Shown: positions 10,177-20,926, numbered from the stretch's first letter. The stretch is DNA of 64,000 nucleotides from Alphaproteobacteria bacterium (GCA_965215305.1 OZ244041.1:3836510-3900509); one strand, 5' to 3'. Program-made: numbers and translations. Notes: a model not told the origin generated them from the sequence alone.

Positions 10177-10571
10177 CCCGGCATGTCGTGGCGCCGGTCT
10201 CCGCGTTTCCGCCGGGGACACGGCGTTGCGTGGTGCTGGATGGCCGGCGGATTGCCCTGTTCAATGTCGGCGGGCGCTATTTCGGCCTGCTCGACCGCTG
10301 CCCGCATCAGGGCGGCCCGCTGTCGGAAGGCGTCCTGACCGGGCTGGTCGAGGCAGGCGCGCCCGGCGCCTACAGCTTCTCGCGTCCCGGCGAAATCCTG
10401 CGCTGCCCCTGGCATGGCTGGGAGTTCGACCTCGCCACCGGCCAGAGCCGCTTCGACCCCCGCCGTCACCGCACCCGCGCCTTCCGCGTCTCCGCTGCTT
10501 CGGGCGAGGAGCTCAGGGCCGAAACCGTGCCCGTCCGCGTCGAGGAGGACTATGTGGTCGTGGAGACCTGA
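10173..10571 (+). CDS. Rieske [2Fe-2S] ferredoxin-like protein
   Basis: Has both Rieske boxes, CPHQGGPLSEG and CPWHGWEF. About 132 aa. A GTG start overlaps the upstream TGA as GTGA. No in-frame ATG is present near the N-terminus. Confidence 0.7.
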   Translation: MTRHVVAPVSAFPPGTRRCVVLDGRRIALFNVGGRYFGLLDRCPHQGGPLSEGVLTGLVEAGAPGAYSFSRPGEILRCPWHGWEFDLATGQSRFDPRRHRTRAFRVSAASGEELRAETVPVRVEEDYVVVET

Positions 10572-10585
10572 GGCGGTGGGGCAGC

Positions 10586-10996
10586 CTACATCCAGTTTTC
10601 GACAGCCAGTTCTTCGAACGCCCGGAAGTCGGCGACGTTCGACGTCACCAGAATCAGCCCGTTGGCGTGAGCTATTGCAGCGATCTGGCCGTCCACGAAG
10701 GGCGGTGTCCTGCCGGCGGCAGTCAACCGCGCACGCTCCCGAGCGTGCCAATCGGCCGCCTGCCAGTCATAGTCCAGGACCGGGAAGCTTCGCAGCACCA
10801 CATCTTCGATATAGCGCTCTATTGCCTCTCGACGGTGCGACGGCGCGAGCCTCGAACAGCCGAACCGCAGCTCGTGCCAGACCGGAGCAGGGATTGCGAT
10901 CTCGCCTTCGTGTTCGTGCAGACGCCGGATGACCCCTGCGGCGGGCCGTGGCCGCAAGGGTTCCGACACGGTATTGGTGTCCAGGAGATACTTCAC
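10586..10996 (-). CDS. vapC: VapC-family PIN-domain toxin
   Basis: 136 aa starting MKYLLDTNTVSE, the classic VapC N-terminus, with conserved acidic residues. Confidence 0.75.
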   Translation of the reverse strand: MKYLLDTNTVSEPLRPRPAAGVIRRLHEHEGEIAIPAPVWHELRFGCSRLAPSHRREAIERYIEDVVLRSFPVLDYDWQAADWHARERARLTAAGRTPPFVDGQIAAIAHANGLILVTSNVADFRAFEELAVENWM

Positions 10997-11003
10997 TGGG
11001 CGG

Positions 11004-11285
11004 CTATAGCCTTACCTCGCGGCCGGCTGTTTTCTCACGCACATCGGCAAACAACTCGTCGGGGTCCAAGGCAAGTCCCTCAAGCCCAACATTGCTTGCA
11101 AACTCCCGGTAAGCATCGCCGAAGGTCCGCCGCAGCGAGGAGAGCCGCTCAAACTCTCGGCATCCGATCAGGATCGCTACGGGCGCACCCCGGCGGGTAA
11201 GCTCCACCGCCTTGCCGATCTCTGCGTCTCTAACCAGAGACGAGAGGTTGCGCCGGGCTTCAGCTATCGAATGTCGATCCATCAT
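11004..11285 (-). CDS. Type II antitoxin (Phd/YefM-like) paired with VapC
   Basis: About 93 aa from MMDRHSIAEARRNLSSLVRDAEIGKAVELTRRGAPVAILIG. It ends 7 nt upstream of vapC. The longer ORF-track start at 11393 is considered an extension. Confidence 0.6.
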   Translation of the reverse strand: MMDRHSIAEARRNLSSLVRDAEIGKAVELTRRGAPVAILIGCREFERLSSLRRTFGDAYREFASNVGLEGLALDPDELFADVREKTAGREVRL

Positions 11286-11364
11286 CGCCTCTCCTCCATG
11301 TCCATCAATATGTACATGATAGGCAATGCCGCAACGAAGAGAAGCCCCGAACCTGCCGACGGGG

Positions 11365-12732
11365 TCACGCCGGGTCGCGGACGGCGTTTGCAACCCGGAT
11401 GATGGCGGCGAGGCTTCGCTCCACGTCCTCGTCCGTAGTGGCCCAGGACGAAACGCTGATGCGCATCGCGGCCCGGCCGCGCCATCGGGTGCCCCCGCAC
11501 CAGCAGGTCCCGTCTCGCTGCACGCCCCCGATGACCGCCCCGGTCGTCCGGTCGTCGCCGAACGCGGCGAGCACCTGGTTCAGCACGACATCGTTGAGGA
11601 TCTCGAAACCGGCCTCCTGCAGCCCGGCCGCAAAACGCCGCGCCTGGCGGCAGTTGCGCGCCACCAGCGCTGCCAGCCCCTCGCGACCGAGCGACGCCAG
11701 CGCCGCCCAGACCTCGAGGCCGCGCATGCGCCGGCTGGTCTCCGGCGTGAATTCGAATGGCTCCCGGTTCTCCGGGTCGGGCAGATAGTCCGCCTGCACC
11801 GACATCGCGCCGCGCAACGCCCCGGCATCGCGCACGATGGCGAGGCCGCTGTCATACGGCACATTGAGCCATTTATGCGCATCGACCGCCCAGGAGTCGG
11901 CCCGCTCGATGCCCTGCGCCAGCGGCGCGAATTCCGGGGCACTCCTCGCCCAGAGGCCGAAGGCGCCGTCCACATGGACCCGGACATCGCGGGCACGCAC
12001 CGCCTCGCAGATTTGGCCTACCGGATCGAACGCCCCGCTGTTCACATTCCCCGCCTGGACGCAGACAATGGCCGGCCCCTCCAGGTCGGGCAGCGCCTCT
12101 GCCCGCATGCGGCCCTGGCTGTCGACCGGCACCCGGACAACCCGGTCCCGCCCGAGTCCGAGCATGCCCAGCGCCTTGAACAGCGTGGCATGCGCCTGCG
12201 CGCCCACGACAACAGTGATTTCGGGGGCCGCATGGAGCCCGTCCCGGTCCGCATCATGGCCGTGTGCGAGCAACACAGAGCGGCGGTCGGCGGCAAGCGC
12301 GGCGAAATTGGCCATGGTCGCGCCGGTGACGAAGGCGGTTCCTGCATCCGCCGGCAGGTCCAGCGCTTCCAGAACCCACCTTGCCGCGACCCGCTCGATG
12401 GCAGCGCCCACCGGCGAGCTCACTTCGCTGAAGGCATTCTGGTCCCACGCAGCCGCGAGCCAGTTCGCCATGAGCGGTGCCGGCAGGACGCCGCCGGTGA
12501 CGAAGCCGAAATAGCGCGGGCCCGCGCTCGCAACCGTTCCCTGTCCCCCGATTTCGTCGAGCCGGGCGAGAATCGCGGACGCAGGCAGCCCTGTCTTCGG
12601 CAGCCGGCCACCCAACGCCGGCGCCAGCTCGCTTGCCCCGCGCGACGCGGCCACGGGGCGTTCGGGAAGCGAATCCAGAAACCGCGCCGCGCACCGGACC
12701 GTCTCGTCCAGCAGTTCCCGCATGCCGTTCAT
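11365..12732 (-). CDS. PLP-dependent group II decarboxylase (aspartate-aminotransferase fold)
   Basis: 455 aa from MNGMRELLDETV. The PLP-lysine motif is VDAHKWLNVPYDSG. The upstream 88 codons of the ORF-track frame look like a GC-rich extension. Confidence 0.75.
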   Translation of the reverse strand: MNGMRELLDETVRCAARFLDSLPERPVAASRGASELAPALGGRLPKTGLPASAILARLDEIGGQGTVASAGPRYFGFVTGGVLPAPLMANWLAAAWDQNAFSEVSSPVGAAIERVAARWVLEALDLPADAGTAFVTGATMANFAALAADRRSVLLAHGHDADRDGLHAAPEITVVVGAQAHATLFKALGMLGLGRDRVVRVPVDSQGRMRAEALPDLEGPAIVCVQAGNVNSGAFDPVGQICEAVRARDVRVHVDGAFGLWARSAPEFAPLAQGIERADSWAVDAHKWLNVPYDSGLAIVRDAGALRGAMSVQADYLPDPENREPFEFTPETSRRMRGLEVWAALASLGREGLAALVARNCRQARRFAAGLQEAGFEILNDVVLNQVLAAFGDDRTTGAVIGGVQRDGTCWCGGTRWRGRAAMRISVSSWATTDEDVERSLAAIIRVANAVRDPA

Positions 12733-12796
12733 GCTGCCTCCGCTCCCGACAGGGTTCGCTTCCCGCGTCCCTGCTGGCCCGGAAAAGTCGGGCGGG

Positions 12797-14170
12797 TCAG
12801 GGGGCGGAAAACTCCAGGCTGGCCTTGAGGCCCGGCGGGTCCTTGCCGGGCGCCGCATCCACCAGCACCAGCCGGGCATTGTGGCGCCGTGCGGCGGCGG
12901 CGGCCAGCGCGAGGCCGAGGCCGTTGCCCGGCAGGTGCCGACTCGGATCGAGGCGCACGAAACGGTCAATCGCGCGCTCCCGGTCCTCGGGCGCAATGCC
13001 GGGGCCGCTGTCCGCTACGGATACGCCGGAGGGCCCGACAGCGATGGAGACCCGCCCGCCCGCCGGTGTGTATTTGAGCGCATTGTCGATGAGATTGGAG
13101 AGCGCCTGGCCCAGCAGTTCGGGCTGTCCTTCGATTTCCGGCGCGGGCCCCGCCTGCGCGAATTCGAGCGCGACGCCGCGTTCCTCCGCCAGCGGCGCAT
13201 GGAGTTCGACCAGATCGTCCACGAGCCCGGCCAGGTCGATGGGCAGGGTTGGCGCCGGGCCCGAGTCCGCGCGCGCGATGGCCAGCAGGGTGTTGAAGGT
13301 CTCCATGAGCTCCCGCACCTCTGCCACCGACCGCTCCAGCGCGTCGCGATAGGCCGCGGCTTTCGCTGGCCCACGCAGCACGTCCTCCAGCCGCGCATGC
13401 AGGCGGGCCAGCGGCCGGCGAAGGTCATGCGCGATATTGTCGGTCACCTCTCGCAGCTCGTTCATCAGAACCTCGATACGCGCCAGCATCCGGTTGACGC
13501 TTGTCGCAAGGTCGTCGAACTCGTCGCCGCGCCCCGTCACCGGCACCCGGCGCGACAGGTCCCCGTCCTTCATGATCCGGCGGCCGGTCTCGTCCACCGC
13601 CTCCGCGCGCCGGCGCAGATCGCGGGAGACCAGCGCGCCGGCCGCCAGGCCCGCCAGCACGATCAGCCCTCCGGCCGCGGCGCCGAAAATTACGATCCGG
13701 CGGCTGAGCGCGATCTCCTCGTCGATATCGTGCGCAACCAGCAGCCGGAACCCGTCGGGAAGGTTCGCGACATAGGCGCGGGCCGTGTGCCGGTGGGGCG
13801 GCTCGCCGTCATGTGCGCGGCGATAGTGGAAATCGTGCCACGCGCCGGGTTCGCGCGCGTCGGCCGGCCAGGCCGCGAGATTGCCGGCAGCCTTGCGGCC
13901 CCGGCGGTCCACCAGCAGATAGAGCGACCGGCCCTCCTGCCGGCTGCGCCCGTCGATCACCGCGCTGAGCCGGAGCGGTCCGAACGCCCGGTAATGCTCC
14001 GCCAGCCCCTCGAGTTCCGCTGCCACGATCTGTCGGCTCTCGATTTGCAGCGCCTCCAGCGACTCGCTGTAGAGATAGCGGAAACCGGCAAAGGCGAAGA
14101 CCGCCAGCACGGCCAGGTAGCCCAGCGTCAGCCGGAAGGCCGAGGTGCGCAGCAGTTCAGTCGGCCGCAA
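12797..14170 (-). CDS. Sensor histidine kinase (two TM helices, HAMP, HisKA, HATPase_c)
   Basis: Contains the H-box ELREVTDNIAHDLRRPLARL, the N-box LSNLIDNALKYT and the G-box DSGPGIAPEDRERAIDRF. Confidence 0.85.
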   Translation of the reverse strand: MRPTELLRTSAFRLTLGYLAVLAVFAFAGFRYLYSESLEALQIESRQIVAAELEGLAEHYRAFGPLRLSAVIDGRSRQEGRSLYLLVDRRGRKAAGNLAAWPADAREPGAWHDFHYRRAHDGEPPHRHTARAYVANLPDGFRLLVAHDIDEEIALSRRIVIFGAAAGGLIVLAGLAAGALVSRDLRRRAEAVDETGRRIMKDGDLSRRVPVTGRGDEFDDLATSVNRMLARIEVLMNELREVTDNIAHDLRRPLARLHARLEDVLRGPAKAAAYRDALERSVAEVRELMETFNTLLAIARADSGPAPTLPIDLAGLVDDLVELHAPLAEERGVALEFAQAGPAPEIEGQPELLGQALSNLIDNALKYTPAGGRVSIAVGPSGVSVADSGPGIAPEDRERAIDRFVRLDPSRHLPGNGLGLALAAAAARRHNARLVLVDAAPGKDPPGLKASLEFSAP

Positions 14171-14843
14171 GGCGGTATCCGACGCCCCGAACGGTATGCA
14201 GCAGCGGCCGGTCGAAGCCCCTGTCGATCTTGGCCCGCAGCCGCGAGATCTGGGCGTCGATCACATTGGTGCCCGGGTCGAAGCGGTAATCCCAGACCTG
14301 CTCCAGCAGCATGGTCCGCGTGACGACCCTGCCAGCATGTTCGGCCAGCACTTCCAGCAGGCGGAATTCCTTGGGCTTGAGCGGCAGCGGCACTCCGGCG
14401 CGGTACACGGCGCGCTCCAGGCGGCGGATTTCGAGGTCGCCGATGGTGACATCGGTTTCCGCCGCGACCGGCGCACGCCGCCGGGCGAGCGCCTCCACCC
14501 GCGCGCGCAGTTCTGCAAAGGCGAACGGCTTGACGAGGTAGTCATCTCCACCGGCGTTCAGCCCCTTCACGCGGTCGCCGACGCTGCCGAGCGCGGTGAG
14601 GAACAGCACCGGCGTCATGTCGCCCCCGGCGCGCAGGGTCCGCACGAGGCTTAGCCCGTCCAGCTTCGGCAGCATGCGGTCCACCACCAGCACGTCGAAG
14701 CCGCCGCTCTCGGCCGCAGCGAGCCCGTCCGGGCCGTTTGCAGCGGTCTCGACGCGGTGCCCGTCCTCGCGGAGGCCTCTGGCCGTATAGGCCGCCGTCT
14801 CGCTGTCGTCTTCGATAATGAGGATATCGAGCATGAGCTGCAC
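14157..14843 (-). CDS. OmpR-family response regulator
   Basis: Receiver domain (DILIIEDD...VLVVDRMLPKLDG). Winged-helix DNA-binding domain (LTPKEFRLLEVLAEHAGRVVTRTMLLEQVW). 14-nt overlap with the kinase gene. Confidence 0.85.
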   Translation of the reverse strand: MQLMLDILIIEDDSETAAYTARGLREDGHRVETAANGPDGLAAAESGGFDVLVVDRMLPKLDGLSLVRTLRAGGDMTPVLFLTALGSVGDRVKGLNAGGDDYLVKPFAFAELRARVEALARRRAPVAAETDVTIGDLEIRRLERAVYRAGVPLPLKPKEFRLLEVLAEHAGRVVTRTMLLEQVWDYRFDPGTNVIDAQISRLRAKIDRGFDRPLLHTVRGVGYRLAAD

Positions 14844-14914
14844 TTTAGCATGACGGGGAAAGGGCCGGACGCCCGCCGGCGGGAGGAGGAACCGGCGAGC
14901 GTCCGGGGCGGGGA

Positions 14915-16330
14915 TCAGGCCGTGTCGAGCGGCAAGGCTACGAACCGGTCCCGGTTTTCCCGCCTGAGAAGCATGACGACGACCTCACGGCCGTCGGCTC
15001 TGAGCTCGGCAACGATCTCCTTCGCCTCACCCGGTGTCTCGACCGCACGACGGTCCACCGAAAGGACGACATCGCCCTTGCGCACGCCCTTGCGGGCCGC
15101 CGGGCCGCCGGGCGCCACATCCGCGATGACGACCTTGCCGTCCGCCTGGCCGAGATCGAGGCCGGCGAAACGCCCGGCAGGGGCAGCCGCGTTCACGGGC
15201 CGGCTCTCTGCCGGCATCGCGGCAAGCACCGCTTCGACACGCGCCTCCGCGCCGTCCCGCCAGAGCTTGAGCGCCACGGTTTCGCCCGGGTCGCGTTCGG
15301 CGATCATGCGCGGCAGGCGGCCCGTATCGACGACGCGCCGGTCGTCCACCTCGAGGATGACATCGCCCGCCTTCAGGCCGGCCTTCGCTGCCGGGCCGGA
15401 GGGATCAACCGACGCCACCAGCGCGCCCGCTGGGCCTTCCAGGCCCAACGCGGCCGCCAGGTCGTCGTCGATATGCTGGATGCGGACACCGAGACGCCCG
15501 CGCTCGACCGCGCCATTCGCCTTCAGCTCCGCCACGATGTCGCCCGCCAGCGCCGCCGGCACGGCGAAGCCGATGCCGACATTGCCGCCGTTCGGGGAGA
15601 AGATCGCCGTATTCACGCCGATGACCTCGCCCTGGAGGTTGAAGGTCGGGCCGCCCGAATTGCCTCGGTTGATGGGCGCGGAAATCTGTAGAAAGTCGTC
15701 ATAGGGACCGGCTCCGATCTGGCGTCCGCGCGCCGAAACGATGCCGGCCGTGGCGGAATGGCCGAGGCCGAAGGGATTGCCGAGCGCCACCACCCAGTCG
15801 CCGACCCGGACCTGTTCGGAATCGCCGAACACGACATGTGCGAGCGGCTCATCCGCTTCCACCTTGACGACGGCAAGGTCCGTCTTCGGGTCCACACCGA
15901 CGAGGCGCGCCGGGAGCTTCTGCTTGTCGTGCAAGGTGACAGCGATCTCCTTCGCGCCCGCCACGACATGGTGGTTGGTGACGATATGGCCGTCGGCCGA
16001 GATGACGAAGCCGGAGCCCACGCCCGTGACCGGCCGCCAGTCGCGCCACTTTTCCGGCCAGGGCGCACGGTCGCCGAAGAAGCGACGCATGAATTGCTGC
16101 GGGCCGTCCGGCACCTCGGTCTTCGCGCTTTTTTCGACCCGGATGTTCACAACGGCGGGCGTCACCCGCTCGATGGTTCCGGCCAGACTCGGCAGCGCGG
16201 CGGCGGCGGGCGGCGCGGCGCTCTGGAACGCGCCGACATGCCAGGCGCTGCCGGCCGCGAGCGCGCCGCCAAGCAGGATGGCGGCGAACGCGCGTCGGGC
16301 CGGTCGGCGAACAAACAGTCTGGTCTGCAT
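14915..16330 (-). CDS. Do/DegP/HtrA-family periplasmic serine endoprotease with two PDZ domains
   Basis: Signal peptide. Trypsin-like core (GSGFVISADGHIVTNHHV...GNSGGP). Two PDZ segments. 471 aa. Confidence 0.85.
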   Translation of the reverse strand: MQTRLFVRRPARRAFAAILLGGALAAGSAWHVGAFQSAAPPAAAALPSLAGTIERVTPAVVNIRVEKSAKTEVPDGPQQFMRRFFGDRAPWPEKWRDWRPVTGVGSGFVISADGHIVTNHHVVAGAKEIAVTLHDKQKLPARLVGVDPKTDLAVVKVEADEPLAHVVFGDSEQVRVGDWVVALGNPFGLGHSATAGIVSARGRQIGAGPYDDFLQISAPINRGNSGGPTFNLQGEVIGVNTAIFSPNGGNVGIGFAVPAALAGDIVAELKANGAVERGRLGVRIQHIDDDLAAALGLEGPAGALVASVDPSGPAAKAGLKAGDVILEVDDRRVVDTGRLPRMIAERDPGETVALKLWRDGAEARVEAVLAAMPAESRPVNAAAPAGRFAGLDLGQADGKVVIADVAPGGPAARKGVRKGDVVLSVDRRAVETPGEAKEIVAELRADGREVVVMLLRRENRDRFVALPLDTA

Positions 16331-16416
16331 GATGTGTTTCCTTCCGCTGACGATGCGGCAGAGGCCGCGTTCAGCGAAAGATAGGAGGGCGCCCTTACCG
16401 GAACCTTGCCGCCGTC

Positions 16417-17397
16417 TTACGATCCGGCAAGGAAACGGGTGAGCAGTCCCCGCGCGGCCGCCGCCGGCGCGGCGCGGCCCGCCGCCACCTCCTTCTCAAG
16501 CGTTTCAGCAAGCGCGCTGAGCATGTCATCGCGCCGGAGCGCCTCCAGCGCGCCCTCAGAGATCTCGTTCCACATCCAGGCGGTCGCCTGCCGGGCGCGG
16601 CGTTGTTCGAGGCCCGCCCCCACCGCCTCGCGGAAGGCGCCGACCGCATCCCATACCTCCGGGATGCCGGCACCGGTCAGCGCCGAGCAAGTCTGCACCC
16701 GGACCGTCCAGCCGGGCGCGGAGGGTCGCAGCAGGTGGATCGCCGCTTCATAGTCGGCTGCCGTGCGCCCCGCCTGATCCTCGAGTTCGCCATCCGCCTT
16801 GTTGACCAGCACAAGGTCCGCCAGCTCGACGATGCCGCGCTTGATGCCCTGCAGTTCATCGCCGCCCGCCGGCAGGAGCAGCAGCAGGAACATGTCCACC
16901 ATGTCGGCGACCGCGGTCTCCGACTGGCCGACCCCGACAGTCTCTACCAGCACCACATCGAAGCCGGCGGCCTCGCAAGCCAACATCGCCTCGCGCGTCC
17001 GCCGCGCGACGCCGCCGAGCGTCACCCCGGCCGGCGAGGGGCGGATGAAGGCGGCGCTGTTCCGCGCCAGCGCCTCCATGCGCGTCTTGTCACCCAGGAT
17101 CGAGCCGCCGGAGCGCTTCGAACTCGGATCGACCGCCAGCACCGCGACCCGGTGCCCCGCTTCGATGACATGGCGGCCGAATGCCTCGATGAAGGTGGAT
17201 TTGCCGACCCCCGGCGCGCCGCTGACACCGAGGCGCACGGACCGCCCGGCCTCCGGCAGCAGCACCTCCAGAAGCGCGTCTGCCCGCTCCCGATGGTCAG
17301 GGCGCGAGGATTCGATCAGTGTGATGGCCCGCGCAAGCGCCCGGCGTTCGCCCGCCAGCACTGCCGCCGCGAGGCGGGAAGGATCGGTCTCCTCCAT
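16417..17397 (-). CDS. meaB: Methylmalonyl-CoA mutase-associated GTPase MeaB (ArgK-like)
   Basis: P-loop GVSGAPGVGKST. G-domain LVNKAD. It sits immediately downstream of the mutase gene. Confidence 0.85.
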   Translation of the reverse strand: MEETDPSRLAAAVLAGERRALARAITLIESSRPDHRERADALLEVLLPEAGRSVRLGVSGAPGVGKSTFIEAFGRHVIEAGHRVAVLAVDPSSKRSGGSILGDKTRMEALARNSAAFIRPSPAGVTLGGVARRTREAMLACEAAGFDVVLVETVGVGQSETAVADMVDMFLLLLLPAGGDELQGIKRGIVELADLVLVNKADGELEDQAGRTAADYEAAIHLLRPSAPGWTVRVQTCSALTGAGIPEVWDAVGAFREAVGAGLEQRRARQATAWMWNEISEGALEALRRDDMLSALAETLEKEVAAGRAAPAAAARGLLTRFLAGS

Positions 17398-17423
17398 GCG
17401 CGGCGGTGCCGGTCCCGCGCCGC

Positions 17424-19574
<2,151 letters not shown>

Positions 19575-19654
19575 TTCAGCCTCTCCGTTCCGTCCGGCGG
19601 CGAGGCTTATCTTACCGCGACTCGGCGCCGGGGCGGGAGTCCGCCTCTCCGGCG

Positions 19655-19945
19655 TCAGTCCACTCCGTCCAGGGCGACGAATTCGCCCACCGCCGCATGG
19701 GCCCGGAGCGCCTTGATCTCGGTGTATTCGGGCGAGTTGTAGAACGCCTTCGCCCGTTCGAGCGAGGGGAACTCGATAATGACCATGCGGTCCCGGAATT
19801 CGGGCCCCTCAAGCGTGACGGGTTCGGCGCCGCGCACAAGGAAGCGCCCGCCGAACGCGGCAATGCAATCCGGTGTGCGCGCCGTGTAGCGGCTGTATTG
19901 CTCGGGGTCGGTCACCTTCACACGGGCCACGACATAAGCGGTCAT
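19655..19945 (-). CDS. DUF1330-family small protein
   Basis: 96 aa. [20 protein letters not shown]... matches the DUF1330 pattern. Confidence 0.55.
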   Translation of the reverse strand: MTAYVVARVKVTDPEQYSRYTARTPDCIAAFGGRFLVRGAEPVTLEGPEFRDRMVIIEFPSLERAKAFYNSPEYTEIKALRAHAAVGEFVALDGVD

Positions 19946-19975
19946 CGGCGGTATTTCCTTGCTTGCAAGCAGGCG

Positions 19976-20287
19976 TCATTCGGCGGCGGCGCCAGGGTGT
20001 TCGTTGCGTCGCACGATATAGCCTTCGAGAAAGTCCATCTTGCCTTCCAGACGGCTCAGCCGGTCGCGAATTTCCCGCAATTCCTCCTCAACACGGTCAA
20101 TGCGGGTGCCGAGAGTGCTCTCCACACGGTCAATGCGGGCGCCGAGAGTGCTCTCCACACGATCAATGCGGGCGCCGAGAGTACTCTCCACCCGGTCGAT
20201 GCGCGCATTGACGCCGCGAAGCCCCTGCCAGAGCAAACCCGCCAGCCCGATACCGACGCCGAGGATTGCGGCGAGCTCCGGTGTCAT
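19976..20287 (-). CDS. Small N-terminally membrane-anchored protein with four tandem 11-residue (hendecad) repeats
   Basis: 103 aa. Predicted TM helix MTPELAAILGVGIGLAGLLWQGL. Repeats ARIDRVESTLG x3 then TRIDRVEEELR. The antisense ORF 19697..20320 also overlaps the DUF1330 gene and lacks a coherent domain, so the minus-strand frame is preferred. Confidence 0.5.
   Translation of the reverse strand: MTPELAAILGVGIGLAGLLWQGLRGVNARIDRVESTLGARIDRVESTLGARIDRVESTLGTRIDRVEEELREIRDRLSRLEGKMDFLEGYIVRRNEHPGAAAE
20075..20222. repeat. Intragenic near-perfect 33-bp tandem repeat (3 copies with 1-2 mismatches, plus a degenerate 4th)
   Basis: Plus-strand units CACGGTCAATGCGGGTGCCGAGAGTGCTCTCCA / CACGGTCAATGCGGGCGCCGAGAGTGCTCTCCA / CACGATCAATGCGGGCGCCGAGAGTACTCTCCA. 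They are in frame with the 11-aa protein repeat. Confidence 0.8.
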
Positions 20288-20356
20288 AAGTCCTCTCCTT
20301 ACCGGCTTGTGTCCCGCTGACCGTCACAGTCACATTGCCGGTCCGACCGCAGGCAA

Positions 20357-20926
20357 TCAAGGGAATTCGCGCCCGGCGGGCATCATGGCCGTGCCCGCCT
20401 CGCGGTCCGTGAGAGGCGGGTAGCGGCGCGGGCGGAAGAGCTGGTAGTGCCACCATTCGTTCATGTAGAAATCCCAGCCCGCGGCGCTCATCAGGCCGAG
20501 CAGCAGCGCGCGGTTGCGTTGCGCTTCCGGGGATACCGCCACAGACCCGTGATGCGAAGCGGGCGTGAGGTCGTCGAAGCCCGTGCCCATGTCGAGCGGC
20601 GCAGCGTCCGAGCCAGTAAGTGTCAGATCGACGGCGACGCCGCGCGTATGGATGCCGCCCCGGCGCGGATCGGCGATATAGGCGGGGTCGGGGATGGCAC
20701 GCCAGAGCGCCCATTGCGCCTCCAGCGGCCGGAAGGCGTCGAACAGCAGCAGGCCGAGCCCCTGCGCCCGCGCGAGAGCCGCTGCTCGGACGAATGCCGC
20801 CTCGGCCTCCGGGACGAGCCAGGCGTCCGCCCGGGCGTAGATCGGCCGCCCGGCAACATTGTCCGCCCGCGCATAGGCAATGTCGAAGGCGACGCCAGGG
20901 CGCTCAGGCGACAATCGGACCAGCAT
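20357..20926 (-). CDS. D-alanyl-D-alanine dipeptidase (VanX/DdpX-like, peptidase M15D)
   Basis: 189 aa. Zn-binding region and catalytic segment are recognisable (…FDAFRPLEAQWAL…, GIHTRGVAVDLT, NEWWHYQL). Confidence 0.8.
   Translation of the reverse strand: MLVRLSPERPGVAFDIAYARADNVAGRPIYARADAWLVPEAEAAFVRAAALARAQGLGLLLFDAFRPLEAQWALWRAIPDPAYIADPRRGGIHTRGVAVDLTLTGSDAAPLDMGTGFDDLTPASHHGSVAVSPEAQRNRALLLGLMSAAGWDFYMNEWWHYQLFRPRRYPPLTDREAGTAMMPAGREFP

Noticed and set aside
11326-14323. Long plus-strand ORFs (11326..12828, 12722..14323) opposite the decarboxylase and histidine kinase
   Set aside because: They are antisense to genes with clear PLP-lysine and H/N/G-box motifs. Their translations are low-complexity.
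20075-20222. 33-bp tandem repeats considered as a possible CRISPR array or minisatellite
   Set aside because: There are no spacers. Units are contiguous, in frame with an 11-aa protein repeat, and lie inside an ORF with a TM anchor. No cas genes are present anywhere in the window.
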